From Chrysomallon squamiferum (Eukaryota; Animalia; Mollusca), in the NCBI GenBank assembly GCA_012295275.1, contig CM022679.1, positions 2,480,001 through 2,544,000 of the forward strand: 64,000 nt of DNA, written 5' to 3'. A program made the position numbers and the translations under genes. Of the stretch, positions 24,143-37,328 are shown piece after piece. The notes beneath the pieces are model-generated. The model had not been told where the DNA came from, made no database searches, and saw nothing but the letters and a program-made list of their open reading frames with translations. How positions within the stretch are numbered: position 1 is the first letter of the stretch; each line of letters starts with the position of its first letter.

Positions 24143-27015
24143 CTGTTATGTTGATGAAATTAACAAATAACGAAACTTTTATGCTTAATAAGTAATAAAA
24201 ACAGCTTTAAACTTTTCACACAAAAACAACAGATTTGCTTTTGTTGTTGGGTTGTTTTACACTAAGTTTATAGGGTGGGGATTTTGTACCGAGTTTATAG
24301 GGGTGGGGGAATTTGCTGACAGAATACATATGTAAAAATACAGCAAGGTTAAGATATACATCGAAATCAGTTAACATTATTATTGTTAGTTGTTTTGTTA
24401 TTATTTATTTATTAATTTATTTAAATATTTTTTATTTTTTTTTTTTTTTTTCACTGAATAAACATCACTTTTGTTATTTTCTGAATATTTCAATTTTTTT
24501 TTTAATGAAAAAGAGCAAAATGTACATGTTTATAATCAGTACATATTTCTGCAATGAAAATAATTGGATGCTTCACATATAGAGAAGGTGTATTAATAAT
24601 CAGATTTACAAATGATGTACTTGAGGAAAGGAGTTAGAAAAATTCCACTTTGTACACAGTGGAATTTTCAACAAGGAAGACTAAACATAGGTTAATGATA
24701 GACTGTTTAAAAAGCAAATACAGCAAAGAAGATTGGAAAATCATTGGGTGTTCACACTTTACAAATATCATTTAAAAACAAAAACAAATTCTGAAAAATG
24801 TGTAGAGTAAAATCTTTTAATTTAATGACAAAAATATTTGGTGTACATTTTTAATTTTTACAGTGTTAATTTATCAGAAAAGCATTTATTGGTGAAAGCA
24901 TTCTACAAATAAAAAAATAACATGGTTTAGAAATAAAAATAAATTTGGCACATTAAAACTGAAAAAAGTATTAAAAAGCAGTAAGTCACAATAACAACAA
25001 CAAAAAAATCACTGACAGTTGTGTCCTCTGCTTTGGAAGAATGTTTAATGTACTCACATTATAAAAAAAAGGATGCTTTTTTTTTGGTTTAAAAACTAGC
25101 AGCTGTTCTTAGAATGTATAAATATATGTAGAATCTATTATGCTAAGAAATTAATACATTCAAATATGTAATTTGGTGTTTGTACTTTATGTCACAGTGA
25201 ATGGTTACTAACAAATAAATAAAACTGATAATGTACAAAATAAACTTTAAAAATAATTAAGATTTAAAATAGAATTTTAAAAATAATAAATTAAAAATAA
25301 TGTATTCTGATTAAAGAAGACTTGATAAAGTATCTGTGTACATGTAAGATGTTTTCTCCTGAGTATTTGTTCTTGACTGAAGACTTTGAATTAATCACAT
25401 ATAAAAACTAGGTTCTATTCAGCAAAGACCAGGCATTAATCTATAAAATGAATACAGCTTGAGAATCCTTTATTTTAAATGTTTGGAAAACAGATGTTTC
25501 AGATTTTGGAACATAAGGAGACAGTCTGATAATAGGATCTAAGTCTAAGTATGAACTCCATTTATATTTCATATACAACTTCCATAAATAGTATGCAGGA
25601 TTATTTTTATATAACATTCTTAATGTAATGTATAAAATAAAGTTAGTGGAAAACATTTTGGATTTTGGAATTTCTGATAAGGGATCCTCCATCTGTGTAA
25701 CAAAATCAAATCAAAATGTGTTTCAGACTTTCAGTTTTATCATTTACACTGTAATATTTCTCTAGCCATGAAAACATACAGTTATTACTAAAAATACATT
25801 CACATAACCAGATTTGTATCAAATTTATTTAATTAAATAAAAAAGTACATTTATCTGTACAAAATGACAGAGAAAGGACTAAAATGGTAGAATTTCCTTA
25901 TTAAAATTATTTATTTCATTTTAATATAAGAATAAAATATATTAATCCTTCATTCTGAACACAAGATGTTGCTGAACTTAAAGATACTGCTCTGAAATCT
26001 TTTTAATCTAAAACAGTAATAAAAATTAATTTATATAAATTAAAATAACATTCTATGACACAGGTAAGATAAACAAAACAGCTGAATGTTCATGAAATTA
26101 TTTGCACCACTAAAGTAAATCATGTTAATAATTACCCACTTAATAAAACTGTAAAATACAATACAGTTTATTTCAAAAATAAAACTTGATCTTGTGTCAC
26201 ATCTTGATTTTTAAACATTAGTTGCAGTCTAGGCAGGCAAAATGGCAGAGTTATGTTTAATTTACTCAAAAAGACAATTTGAAATAAGAGGATATTATGC
26301 ATAGTTTTCATTTCAGTAGTTTTATACAATTAGCTCATTTAGATGTAAGTATTTTCATATTCTGACATGATATTTTTTTTTTTTTTTTTTTTTTTTATTT
26401 AAAAGACAACTCTTCCACACTTTTACTTAGCAGAAAATGATCTCTTTCTGATGGTCAGATATCATGATTTCTGATAAAACAATTACAGAATGCTGGCTGG
26501 AATAACATGTGCAGGCATGAGGCCTGTTTATGAAATAATATTGAATTCAGTTATCACAGAATAAAAAATATAAATGAGCATAAGTCTAACAATAATACAT
26601 GCATGAACAATTATGTTTTTCTCATTAGATTACATTTTGTTTCATGTTAAATATTGTATACATTCATACTCAGAGTTGTAAAGAAGGAGACTGACAACAT
26701 TCAGCTGTAGTTTGGTTCACGAGATACATACATATATTAAACGATTTTAAAATATGAGTGGTCTCTAGTTCAGAAAATGGATAGATTAATTTTAAAAATA
26801 AATATTTATGCCTTCTGGTTAGTTTTAAATAACATTTCCTCTACATTTTATCATTGTTTATAGGTACATTTTTAAAATATATTTTAATGTACAGAAATTA
26901 TTCAATGTAACTTAGTAACAATTCCAAAAGTACAGTTATTTCACATACAGTTCTAAAGAACACAAAAAAACCACTCAAATCAGCAAGTTAATATTTTTGC
27001 TTGAGTATCATGATT

Positions 27016-29787
27016 TTAAGAATAATTTGATTCTTGTCTCAGAAGCTGATCCAGATATTTCAGAAGACTGTGGATTCCGTATAAAACATTTTGATCAATG
27101 TCTGATGAAGGGAAAACATGAGCAAAGTCAATCATGTGAATATCGACTCTAGTTTTGTCTTTCACACTTTCTGTTCTCAGTCCGCAGTTTTCACATTTTC
27201 TGTTGCTGTGTCCTGTTTTGTGCTCAGTGTCGTAAACTATCAGAAGGGAACTGGCGTAAAATGAAAATGATTTTTGCGAAGAGAACCATTTCTCAATGTC
27301 TCTCAGTTTGGGAAGCAGCGCTTGAATCACATCCTTTCTTAACCTTTGAGGCAAGCCAAAGAATTTGCCTAGACCTGGAAAAAAGAAACCAAAATTGAAT
27401 AAAAACTGACCTAAAAAAATTAAAAATATTTTAGTTAATAATCCAAATGACATCTGATGAATGAAAAGAGATTTAATATTTAAGTCAAGAAAGTTGTTTA
27501 AAAAATCTTTGTGTATTATTAACTATTTAAAACAAAATTGGCCTGACATTTTAAAATGAATTAGATGCAGATGATACTAAGTAACAGAAGAGATTTCATT
27601 ACACCAGATTCACATGTAATAAAATCTCTCTTTAAATCTGAATTACGAGAATTTCCCTGTTAGCTCAGATAATTCAGAATCAATCAAACAGTTCAGGTTC
27701 AAATCCTCTCTGTGTAGGTCAAATAAAAACAAATTTTAAAGTTCCCCTTTTCAGAACTATACAGAGATAACTTCCCTGTTAATTCTGCTGACACAACACT
27801 GGACTCCCAAACTGACAGCTAAATAAAAAATTAAACTAATCTGTCTATTGACGGCTATACAACAGTTTACACTGTCATAAAACAATAAATTACCTTCAAG
27901 AAGAACGGACTCTTCCGGTATTTTGTGACAGGCTTGTTTGTCAATGTAGTCAAATGTACCTGTTACCTCATTGAACACCTGGAATCAAATTAGCTTGTAA
28001 ATTTACTATAAACAACAGTAAAATTTTATTTTTAAAAAGTGACAACAAATAAATGTAGTTATACATGTACTTATTGATCAGTTTGGGTTTTTTTAATTTC
28101 AACTAGTAAGGTTACATTATGTATCAAACAATTTAAAAAAAGAATAGATAGAGTTCCTCAAAATAAATAGATATTTTAAAATTTATTTCAAACATGACTG
28201 GAAATGAAACTTGAAATGAGATGAAAAAAATAAAATTAGGCAACAGAAAATGGTGAGTATCTGTAACAAAATGCTGTATTTCTAGTACACATGTGCTTCA
28301 GCCAAGTTCAGGTAGATAGATAATTACCTTTCATTAACTTTTTTATGCCCATTGTTTTGTTTCTTCTGCATAAAAACAAGTTCATTATACACACCTAATA
28401 CAGAAATATACATGTATCACAAGGTTTTTAATAGTTTTGCCTTCTAATTTTAAACCCATAATTATTTCACTGTAGATATTTACCCTCATTCCAGACAACT
28501 GAAAACCAAGTCTTTCAGTGTATGGACATTTCTTTTTCTCCCGTTCCACTTTATCTGGTGGAGCTTCAGGGTCAGAGGTCACACGGCCCATCTTGATGTC
28601 TAAGACAGAGGGATTCTCGTATTGTGAACAAACGTTGTCCAGAATCATGAATGTCACTGAAACAAAAACATTTACATTACTTAATTTTTCCTTCTTCCTA
28701 TTATAATTATTATATATATATATATATATATTTTTTTATTTTTTATTTTCAGTCTGGACATTATTAGATTCTTGTGTGTATGCAGTTTTATATGATCTTT
28801 TTATATCAATAAAATAAATGACTGTAGAAAAACACTACATAAAACCTCTGCTAACAAAAAGTCAATCTAAACTGCAAAATCATTGTTGACTTGGTTAATA
28901 TTTATGTTTTCACAAGAAGTAAAACTATTTCAAATGTTTCCATATTCTGTTTGTACTTATATGCATTTTTTTTTAATAATCATACTAATTTAGATTTCAG
29001 GTCAAGGAAAAAGATACGCCTTCTTGCACAAAACAGTCTAAGTTTTAAATCTATTTTAATACTTCAGTTTCACAAACAGCAAGTTAAAAGTGAGACGTAA
29101 ATAATTATACTACCTCCATCCTTGACGACAGTTCCATGAAAACATGGCACAAAGTTTCTCAGAGTCAGAATGTTGTCATCCTTGCAGCTGCTGTCAAACA
29201 CCATTTTGTAGAAGCCGAGTTCGCGCGTTCCACGTGGTGGCTGCTGCACAGCTTTCAGCACTCGACCATTTCCTAAATCTAGCATTCCTGTAAAACAGAA
29301 AAATAAACATATCTCTTAAACAGTCGAGTAAAATAAAGAAATAAAGAATAATAATAAAACATCTACAAGAAAGATTAACAATAATTATTAAAATAAAAAT
29401 ACTGCATATATAACAACAACAAATAAATAAATAAATAAATATCACAAAGAGCTTTTCAGTTTAATCCCCTTGCACTGTTCAATGAAATTATTTAGTTACT
29501 GGTTTCAGGATGGTGAGGGATATGGACAAGTTTATTTCTAATCACTCAGCAGATTACTGTAGATTTCAAAATCAGAACTCCCAAGCAGTACACTGCAGTA
29601 ACACCTCATGAAATTATCACTGGTTGCCATGACACCTGTAGAAGTTTAAGCTGAAGTCTACAGAGATGTTGAACATACCATCTGTTCCTTTCAGCCCATA
29701 CTGGTGTCCAGCCACTTGGGTCAACAAAGGTTTGGTTCCTTCTATCCGTGACCTTGAATATTCACCATCTCTTCCCTCATGTGTCAT
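27016..29787 (-). CDS. IPMK: Inositol polyphosphate multikinase (IPK family), canonical copy, 299 aa
   Basis: Exons 29787-29679, 29287-29114, 28656-28484, 27978-27894 and 27374-27016 total 900 nt. The internal exon lengths (174/173/85) equal those of the paralog. Motifs: QVAGHQYG, LKAVQQPPRGTRELGFY, PSVLDIKMGRVTSDP, FYASSLLIVYD, MIDFAHVFP, typical of metazoan IPMK. Confidence 0.9.
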
Positions 29788-30311
29788 GTTCACAGATCCA
29801 GTATTTGTGTCTAAGCTCACTGAGGAATAAAATTCCCTCACTGCAACAGCCTGGCATCCTGAAAAATGTTAAAAAGAAATAGTATATATGCTGAGCAAAT
29901 TGTTATGCTTCTGAGTTCTGTAATTAAAATGTTAATTCAGTGTATTAAGATTTACTGTAATTGTAACATACAATTACTGTCAATTTAGTTTTACGTTATT
30001 ATTATTATTTAAGTTAATAATTTATAAATGGAAGGTAAATAAGAAGCATATAAAATCAAATGAAAACTGTATTTCTTTGTTTGCCAAAAACTACTTAATT
30101 TTATATGAATCAATTATTGCTCGTACAATAATTAATCTAGTTTTATTTGTAATCCATATTTGTATTTTGATATTTTGCAACATCAGCAGTATATTCTCCA
30201 TCTGCGGTTTTATTAATAAAAATAAAAATAAAAAAATAAAAAATGTATCGAATATTTATTACCAGGTAATATTTAAGATTTTAATTTCCATTTATGAATA
30301 TTTTATCCTTT

Positions 30312-30377
<66 letters not shown>

Positions 30378-31359
30378 GTATTAGTATTGATGTTTCCAGT
30401 ATTCGTAAAATATAAATTTGGCAAATTTCTGTAAAGACGACACAAGCTCTCAATCAAATGCTTTGTTACAGTGTGTACATATGTCTTATACTATTATTTG
30501 TAATTTACATAATATTAGAAATAATGCTGCTGATAAAATAATGAATGAATTCAGTCAATTTTTCTTATTATGCTGAACTCAAAATGAATTGAATACATTT
30601 AATAAGGTCGTTTATCCAGGAAATAACCTTCTGGGTTTTCATCCTAGTTTTTCATCCTGTTACGCTTCCTTTTCCAAGTATGTAGTAACACAAAGATCGC
30701 GGGACCAGTCGGTAGTTCGTATAGCAGATGGCCAAAATTCACGTTTTCGCCTTTAGATCATGTGGCGAGGCTGAAATACTTTACTTCTTAAATATCTCCG
30801 ATTTTTCAACAACAAAATAAAATTAATAAAAGTATATGCTAATTATAAATAATAAATAAATGGAAATAAAATAACTAATAATTAAAACAAAATAGAGTGA
30901 AATGATAATGTATTCATAAAATTAAATCTGTCATAATTATACAAATAATTACTGACAAAATTCATCTTTAAAAAAGAAACAACAACAAAAACAAAATCAG
31001 CAACAACTGCTACAACAAACAACCCATTTATAAAATGACTGTTTATTAGTTTTATAAAATCATGTTTTTAGGAACTACTAACATTGTCTTTTGAAAAAGA
31101 AAAGAAAAGGAGAGATCTTGTTTATTCAGTTGCTGTAATTAAACAACTAAAACATAAATGCCTGTCTATATCTACTGGAGATTCAAATATATATATATAT
31201 ATCTTGACCTCATTAAGCAGAAACCTATGTTGTTAATCTAAGAATAGCTGTTGAAGACATAACAGACAAATAAATGCGTAACTGTTAGACGGTCAATAGT
31301 GGAATCGATCCGAAAGGCAGCAACTGAGGTTGGCAGGAAGTTACTTATATTTTCATTTC

Positions 31360-31390
<31 letters not shown>

Positions 31391-31497
31391 ATGTGACGAT
31401 AAATCATATATGATAAAATTAAGTCACCAGCCTCTGTTAACAAACATTTAAAAATAATAATACGATCCGTGCTTTCCCAAAACTACTTCATACTTAC

Positions 31498-31600
31498 CTC
31501 CCTTGATTTAAAATAAACACGCGACTGTTAGCCTAAGCGATTATGTGAAAAGACAAAACTGGTTCATCTGAGAAGCCAAAAACGATTTCTGCCATTTTAT
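31498..31600 (-). other. Candidate 5' UTR exon of the canonical IPMK gene
   Basis: Strong donor GAG|GTAAGT at 31497-31492 and an AAAATGGC motif near 31590. It would splice to the TTTTTCAG acceptor at 29861-29859. Inference only. Confidence 0.35.
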
Positions 31601-31694
31601 ATTTATTTCATCGTCAAAACTATATACATACGCACATACATACACACATACAATCATATATGCTATTACTTGTTTACATTAAGAAGCACTGATG

Positions 31695-31740
<46 letters not shown>

Positions 31741-32248
31741 AAATTATGTTTTGGACACCATGTATAATCTCACGATCATGAAAATAACTGAATTTATTTA
31801 ATTCTAATTTTATTATTTTCACATTTAAAATAAAGAGGGCTGGATAAACTCGCGAATAATTGTTTGATGTCACCTTTCCACTACGTGTATTTTGACGAAA
31901 ATACGTAAACCTTATTGTTAGTGGGGGGGAGTAATTGACTTGCCGATCTTTTCAAGGAAGTGACGTGAACATGCAAATGCTGAAATGATCGGTTAAATGT
32001 TAGCTGTTAATCTAGTACCAGTCCTCTCCGGAAATCAATACAGGGATTGCGCAATACAGTACGTCATTACGGTAGGAATAGCAGTTTACGTTATTGTCCA
32101 AAGAAAGACATGCGAAACAAAATCAATGAATCTTACAGATAACGGGAGGAAAAACGTGAAGAAAAAAAGTAAGATTTGCGAGGGAGGGTGCAGCTGCCTT
32201 TGAATAAAATAAAGCAAGAATGAATGGATGTTCGTTTCACTAAAGGCA

Positions 32249-32316
32249 GTGCCGGATTTAGGTACAAAATAAACAAGTTGAAGTTAAGGGCCTCTGCAAG
32301 AGTCTAAATCCGGCAC
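32249..32316. mobile_element. Miniature inverted-repeat element (MITE remnant)
   Basis: Perfect 13-bp inverted repeats GTGCCGGATTTAG (32249-32261) and CTAAATCCGGCAC (32304-32316) around a 42-bp core. Confidence 0.6.
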
Positions 32317-33172
32317 AGAATGAAGGGCTGTAAGATATAAAACACATTCATAAGTACACACACACAAGCACACGTGCCTCTTTCTTTATATAGTGAGAAA
32401 GGAAAACAAAAAAAAAGATGCTACAGCGAACTTAGCGAACATAGCGATTAGAAACTTTTAGAAATTTTCCATATGGACATTATCGAAATAGCCTTGAACT
32501 TTATCAGATGACTACGGGCAGGTATGACTAATGGGAGGATACCACCGAGAAAGCTTTATCTCTGCCGTCTCATCAGACATAGAGTTCAACAGAGTTCAAG
32601 GTTGGGTGCACACATTCCTATCTCACAGTCATTGCCGTGTTACACTCAGTAATAATCAGGTCCTATGAGAGGGGGGAGGTCCAGCCAGTACTTTGTTCCG
32701 GGGCCCAAGAACTAAGAAGGGCCCCACAGCACTCTTGCAACATCCCCCCCCTCGAGAACAAGCACTTTCTATTCAGCCCAACATACACTTACATTCTCAT
32801 ATACACACGTCACTATATTTATCACAACACACTTACTTTTTATTATTAATATATTGAGAACAAATCTTTGCTTGCCCCAAAGAGGTTTTGTACCGCCGTG
32901 CAAAATTTTTCTTTGATGCGCTGGTAATAATGATATGGTCTCAGATCAGAAGGATTAGAAAGAAAAAACGGAATTTTGTGCAGATATGTTATTACTTTTA
33001 TCGTGATATTATTGAGATTTACTGGAATTCCGATCAATTTTGTCATCCGATCTCAGTTAATATAATAAATAATATCTAAATAGCGGATTCCAATTACTCA
33101 GTACAATATCTAAAAGCACATAAAACATATATTCATGACTACAGACTTTATTCAAAATATTATATAAACACA

Positions 33173-33209
<37 letters not shown>

Positions 33210-34283
33210 TTCAGCACCATATATATCACTAAAAATAATATATAAAAGCAAATATATATATATTCAAGATGGCATATATTATTCTAATATATAAAACATA
33301 CATATATTACTCAAAATGTGATAAAATAGCAGATATGTATTCAGGATCACATATAATTTAACTAATTGCAAAACACGCTTTCATTAGCAACTTACTATCA
33401 GAGTCCATCAAACTGCTTTGTTCTGGAGCAATGAAATAAGCACTGGAATGCACAGACCAGCATCTCTAACTGTTATAACTGTACCTATAGGGTGTGTGAC
33501 TACTGGCACGTGTAACTACTAGGCAGAAAGCGATGAATCAGGCGGGCTGTGTAACGTTATTCCGTTCACTGAACAGAAGAATGAATAAGGATATTGAACG
33601 GAAGATAGCAATAAATTTAATATAAGAAATTTCAGTAATTACAGATGTCAAAACATAGCCTTCTGTACTGAAACGAAAAATATTAAAAATATATAACACA
33701 CAATCATTCATGTCAAAGTTATTTTTTGTACATTTATCAACGAATGACCTTGACCTACAAACAGTACAATTTGTGACTGCATTAATAGAACCTGTATCGA
33801 TTATTTGGCTGAAACAGTTGTTCGTAAATAAAATGCGTATCGTAAACGTAATATATGAACACGACTTCTTCTCTGAAACATTACAAACAACCAAGCTTTC
33901 ATTTCATCATATTAATCTTCCAAATGCTTTTATAAACACGAGTTCGCTTCAGAGAAGTGCCTCGAAATGTTTGGAATCGCCGCCACGATGAGTACAACAT
34001 ATGAAAAATAAAATGACTGTAATATTTAGGATCACGCACAGTAACCAAAATGCTTTTATTTTGCTTTCAATATTAATGGGCTCGTCATTAAAAAAAATCC
34101 CTCTGGTACACTGCAGCAGACGTCCAAACGTAACGCGGGAAACATTGCAACTGTCCCCAGTCCTCCCACTTGTCGGCTTGCTCTACTTCCATCTCTAACG
34201 CGTCTTGCTATAGGCTGTTCCTATGGATCCACGGATCGATACGCGGGAAAGCCACAACAAACTGATGCGAACAAACCTGGTAC

Positions 34284-34392
34284 TATATAGGAAGTTGATC
34301 GCAGGCTGCTCACAGTTTGACTGCGTGTCGCAGAGATTCGGTTAAGGAGACTACTGAAACGAGATTTGGAGTTTGCCGTCCATCAGGTAAGA
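34284..34392 (+). promoter_or_regulatory. Putative TATA promoter and non-coding first exon (~34314-34386) of a gene extending downstream
   Basis: TATATAG at 34284, Inr-like ACAGTT with its A 30 nt downstream, a CpG-rich context, and donor CAG|GTAAGA at 34387. Confidence 0.45.
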
Positions 34393-35624
34393 ACGCGATT
34401 AGATGGGGATTGGCATTGTTTCATTTGTTCCGGAGTAATCCGAACTACTCCGAAATAGCCTATTTAATTCCCGGATTTGTAGCACAGTTTTGTTTTCGTG
34501 CTTTTGTTTACATTTGTCATCTTACTATTATAAACAGTTTGGTTGGGACGGGTAGAACTTGATAATCATCCCCCTCTAACTCTCGACAGAGCATGTATCC
34601 TAATTTTGTCGAAAACGACAGAAATTTTCGTACCTAAAACCGTATCAACATAACTGTATTTCTACGAACTTGTTTTATTTGTAAATGTAAATATACATAA
34701 TTGTGATTCGTGAAGCCTTATTCATTTGTGTGGATACTATAAATATAAAATTTTTTTGTTTTTTTTAATTAACACTTCTAAATTCGTGATGTGTTAACCC
34801 AAACGTCCACAATTATGATTTATTTATAAAGTGGTGAAAACATTATGTATCTTGTGAGAAACATGTGTAGCATCTTACATACGTTATCGTTATTATTCTT
34901 TCTTTTTGTCAGGACTGGGAATTCGTACTAATTAACGTTAAATTAGTTTATTGTTAATGTACTTCACGTTAACATGGCTCACTAAAGTAGATGATTCAAG
35001 AAAAAGAAGAAATAAGCATTTTCTTCTTCTTCTAATTATTATTATCACGTTTTATTATTAATTGTCATTTGAAACTCTTAATTCTTTCCTGAAGATAATT
35101 TTACTTAACTGCCAGCTTTTCTAACTGTTATTTTATTTAGTCGCGTGGAACAGATATATTCGAGTCGCTAAAAACAGAGAATAGTGAAATCGTAAAACTG
35201 AAGCGAAAGAAAGAATAAAAAAGATCGATTGTTTTCGACCTCACCGAGTGTGCTGGACTCTTTTGTGTACAGAACACAGGAAAATTCATCACATTTAGAC
35301 AATCCATACCGTATCAATAAAATTAAGAATAAAATATATTCAGCGTTATGTTTCTAGTCTCCCCAAGGTCGTATTCCTGCAGTCGTAGTTGGTAGCTGAG
35401 ATAGTTATAGCAGAACCAGAATTATGCAGTAACGTAAATAACGTCTAATGTTTACAGAACATGCAGAAAGAATTTGTGTGTTTTTTGTTGTTGGTTTTTT
35501 TTAAAAACGTGTTTGTCGTTTTATTTTTAATTATTAATATTCAAATTATGCAATAGCTTTTGAAATCAATATTGGCATAATTAAGAGGAGGTATTTTTTG
35601 TATTACACTGATGAGATATTCAAA

Positions 35625-35880
35625 TAGGCCTGTACTGACAGTGTTTTTACACAGGCCTATACACTAACAGTATTTTCACAAGCACTCTGCTGATAGGGTT
35701 TTAACACAGGCCTGTACACTAACAGTATTTTCACAAGGACTCTGCTGATAGGGTTTTAACACAGGCCTGTACACTAACAGTATTTTCACAAGCACTCTGC
35801 TGATAGGGTTTTAACACAGGCCTGTACACTAACAGTCTTTTCACAAGGACTCTGCTGATAGGGTTTTAACACAGGCCTAT
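35625..35880. repeat. 55-bp minisatellite, about 4.5 copies
   Basis: The unit CACAGGCCTGTACACTAACAGTATTTTCACAAG(C/G)ACTCTGCTGATAGGGTTTTAA starts at 35650, 35705, 35760 and 35815, with partial units at both ends. Confidence 0.95.
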
Positions 35881-37222
35881 GAACACACAAACTATCAATG
35901 AGCAAAATCTCTCTATTTCTGTATTATTAGCTTTATAAGTGACATGTGTTCTGACTGTTCAGCTGTGAAAGAAAACATCTGTTGTAGATAACTCAGGCAC
36001 GTTGGTGAATTACTTTAAATTATTTTCTAGGCGGGAATCGAAAACGCTACACTTTATATATCCCTAATCCGCCAATGGCATTTATGCGTGTTCACAAGCA
36101 TAAACTGACGATATATTCATGTTTTTATTATACCGAGGACGGAAGGGAAACTACTGCACGTAAACAGATCTCTACATATATAAACATACAGGAATTATTA
36201 CCCAAAACGTGATCGTAGGCAATAAAAGTTGCGTAACGGAAATTGTAATTGTATCGCTCGTGTTTCCAATACTGGATCCGTACAAATAAACACATCTTAG
36301 ACTGGTTATCCGTATCACTTCTACTTACTGAAGAAAGACTGTGATGTTTGCATTTAAAAAAAAAAAAAAAAAACATTTTAAAAAGTAAAAGAAAAAGTCC
36401 GTAATAACAAATTGAATAAACAGGACCATTGGTCTATATCGATACTTTTTTCTGCTTCAAAGAAAATGACTGAAGATAAGACTGAAGAAATAGTAACCGT
36501 TTTACGAAGGATTAAGTGACTGTTACAGCGAGAAATGAGTAGCTAACAATCTGTTGTCGCTAGTTACCTATTGTGACTCCCTGGCGTGTTGGTCACTGAA
36601 TCAGTGATGTAACAGATGTGAGTTTATCAGAAAACAATCTTCACTTATTAATCTGTAACATATTTTTGTAGCTTTCAACAAAATAAAATTAATGTATGAT
36701 TTATATATTTGTAACAAAATACTGTAAATTGGTATTTATAAATTAATGTAACATAATTATAAACCGTATTTTTACTTCTTTAAATAAAAATTATTTCTGT
36801 ATTTATTATTATTATTATTATTTATCAGCATAATCACTAAAAAAAAAAAAAAAAAAAAAAAAAATAAATAAATAAATATTAAAAATGGAATTGTCTGTCA
36901 TATATTTATGACTTTTGTTATAACATATATATAATCACTTAGATTAAAACTTTAATATAATATTAACTCATATAATTATCATTTGTTGTATACACTACAC
37001 TTTTGGCAGTTTTCGGAAGGGTTCGGAAACTTGGTCTTTTAAGCTAATAACAATTTGTTACAAATACCAAATTGGCTTTCTTCGGAAGAATTCAGAAATC
37101 GCATCCTGTAATTTTGTAGCAGTAATCATGGAGGTGTGTAGAAATCATCGTTTATTGCAAATTCCAATTTATTCATCGGAAAGATGTTTTCGGAAGAATT
37201 CGGAAACAGTATCTTGCGCATT

Positions 37223-37328
37223 CGTAGAAATAATCGTGTACGTCCGTAGAAATAATTGTGTATGTCCGTAGAAATAATCGTGTATGTCCGTAGAAATAAT
37301 CGTGTGCGTCCGTAGAAATAATCGCGTT
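37223..37328. repeat. 22-bp minisatellite, about 5 copies
   Basis: Unit CGTAGAAATAATCGTGTATGTC. Confidence 0.92.

Noticed and set aside
33538-34562. ORFs of 65-118 aa near the putative promoter
   Set aside because: No recognisable motifs or splice-consistent structure; likely chance ORFs.
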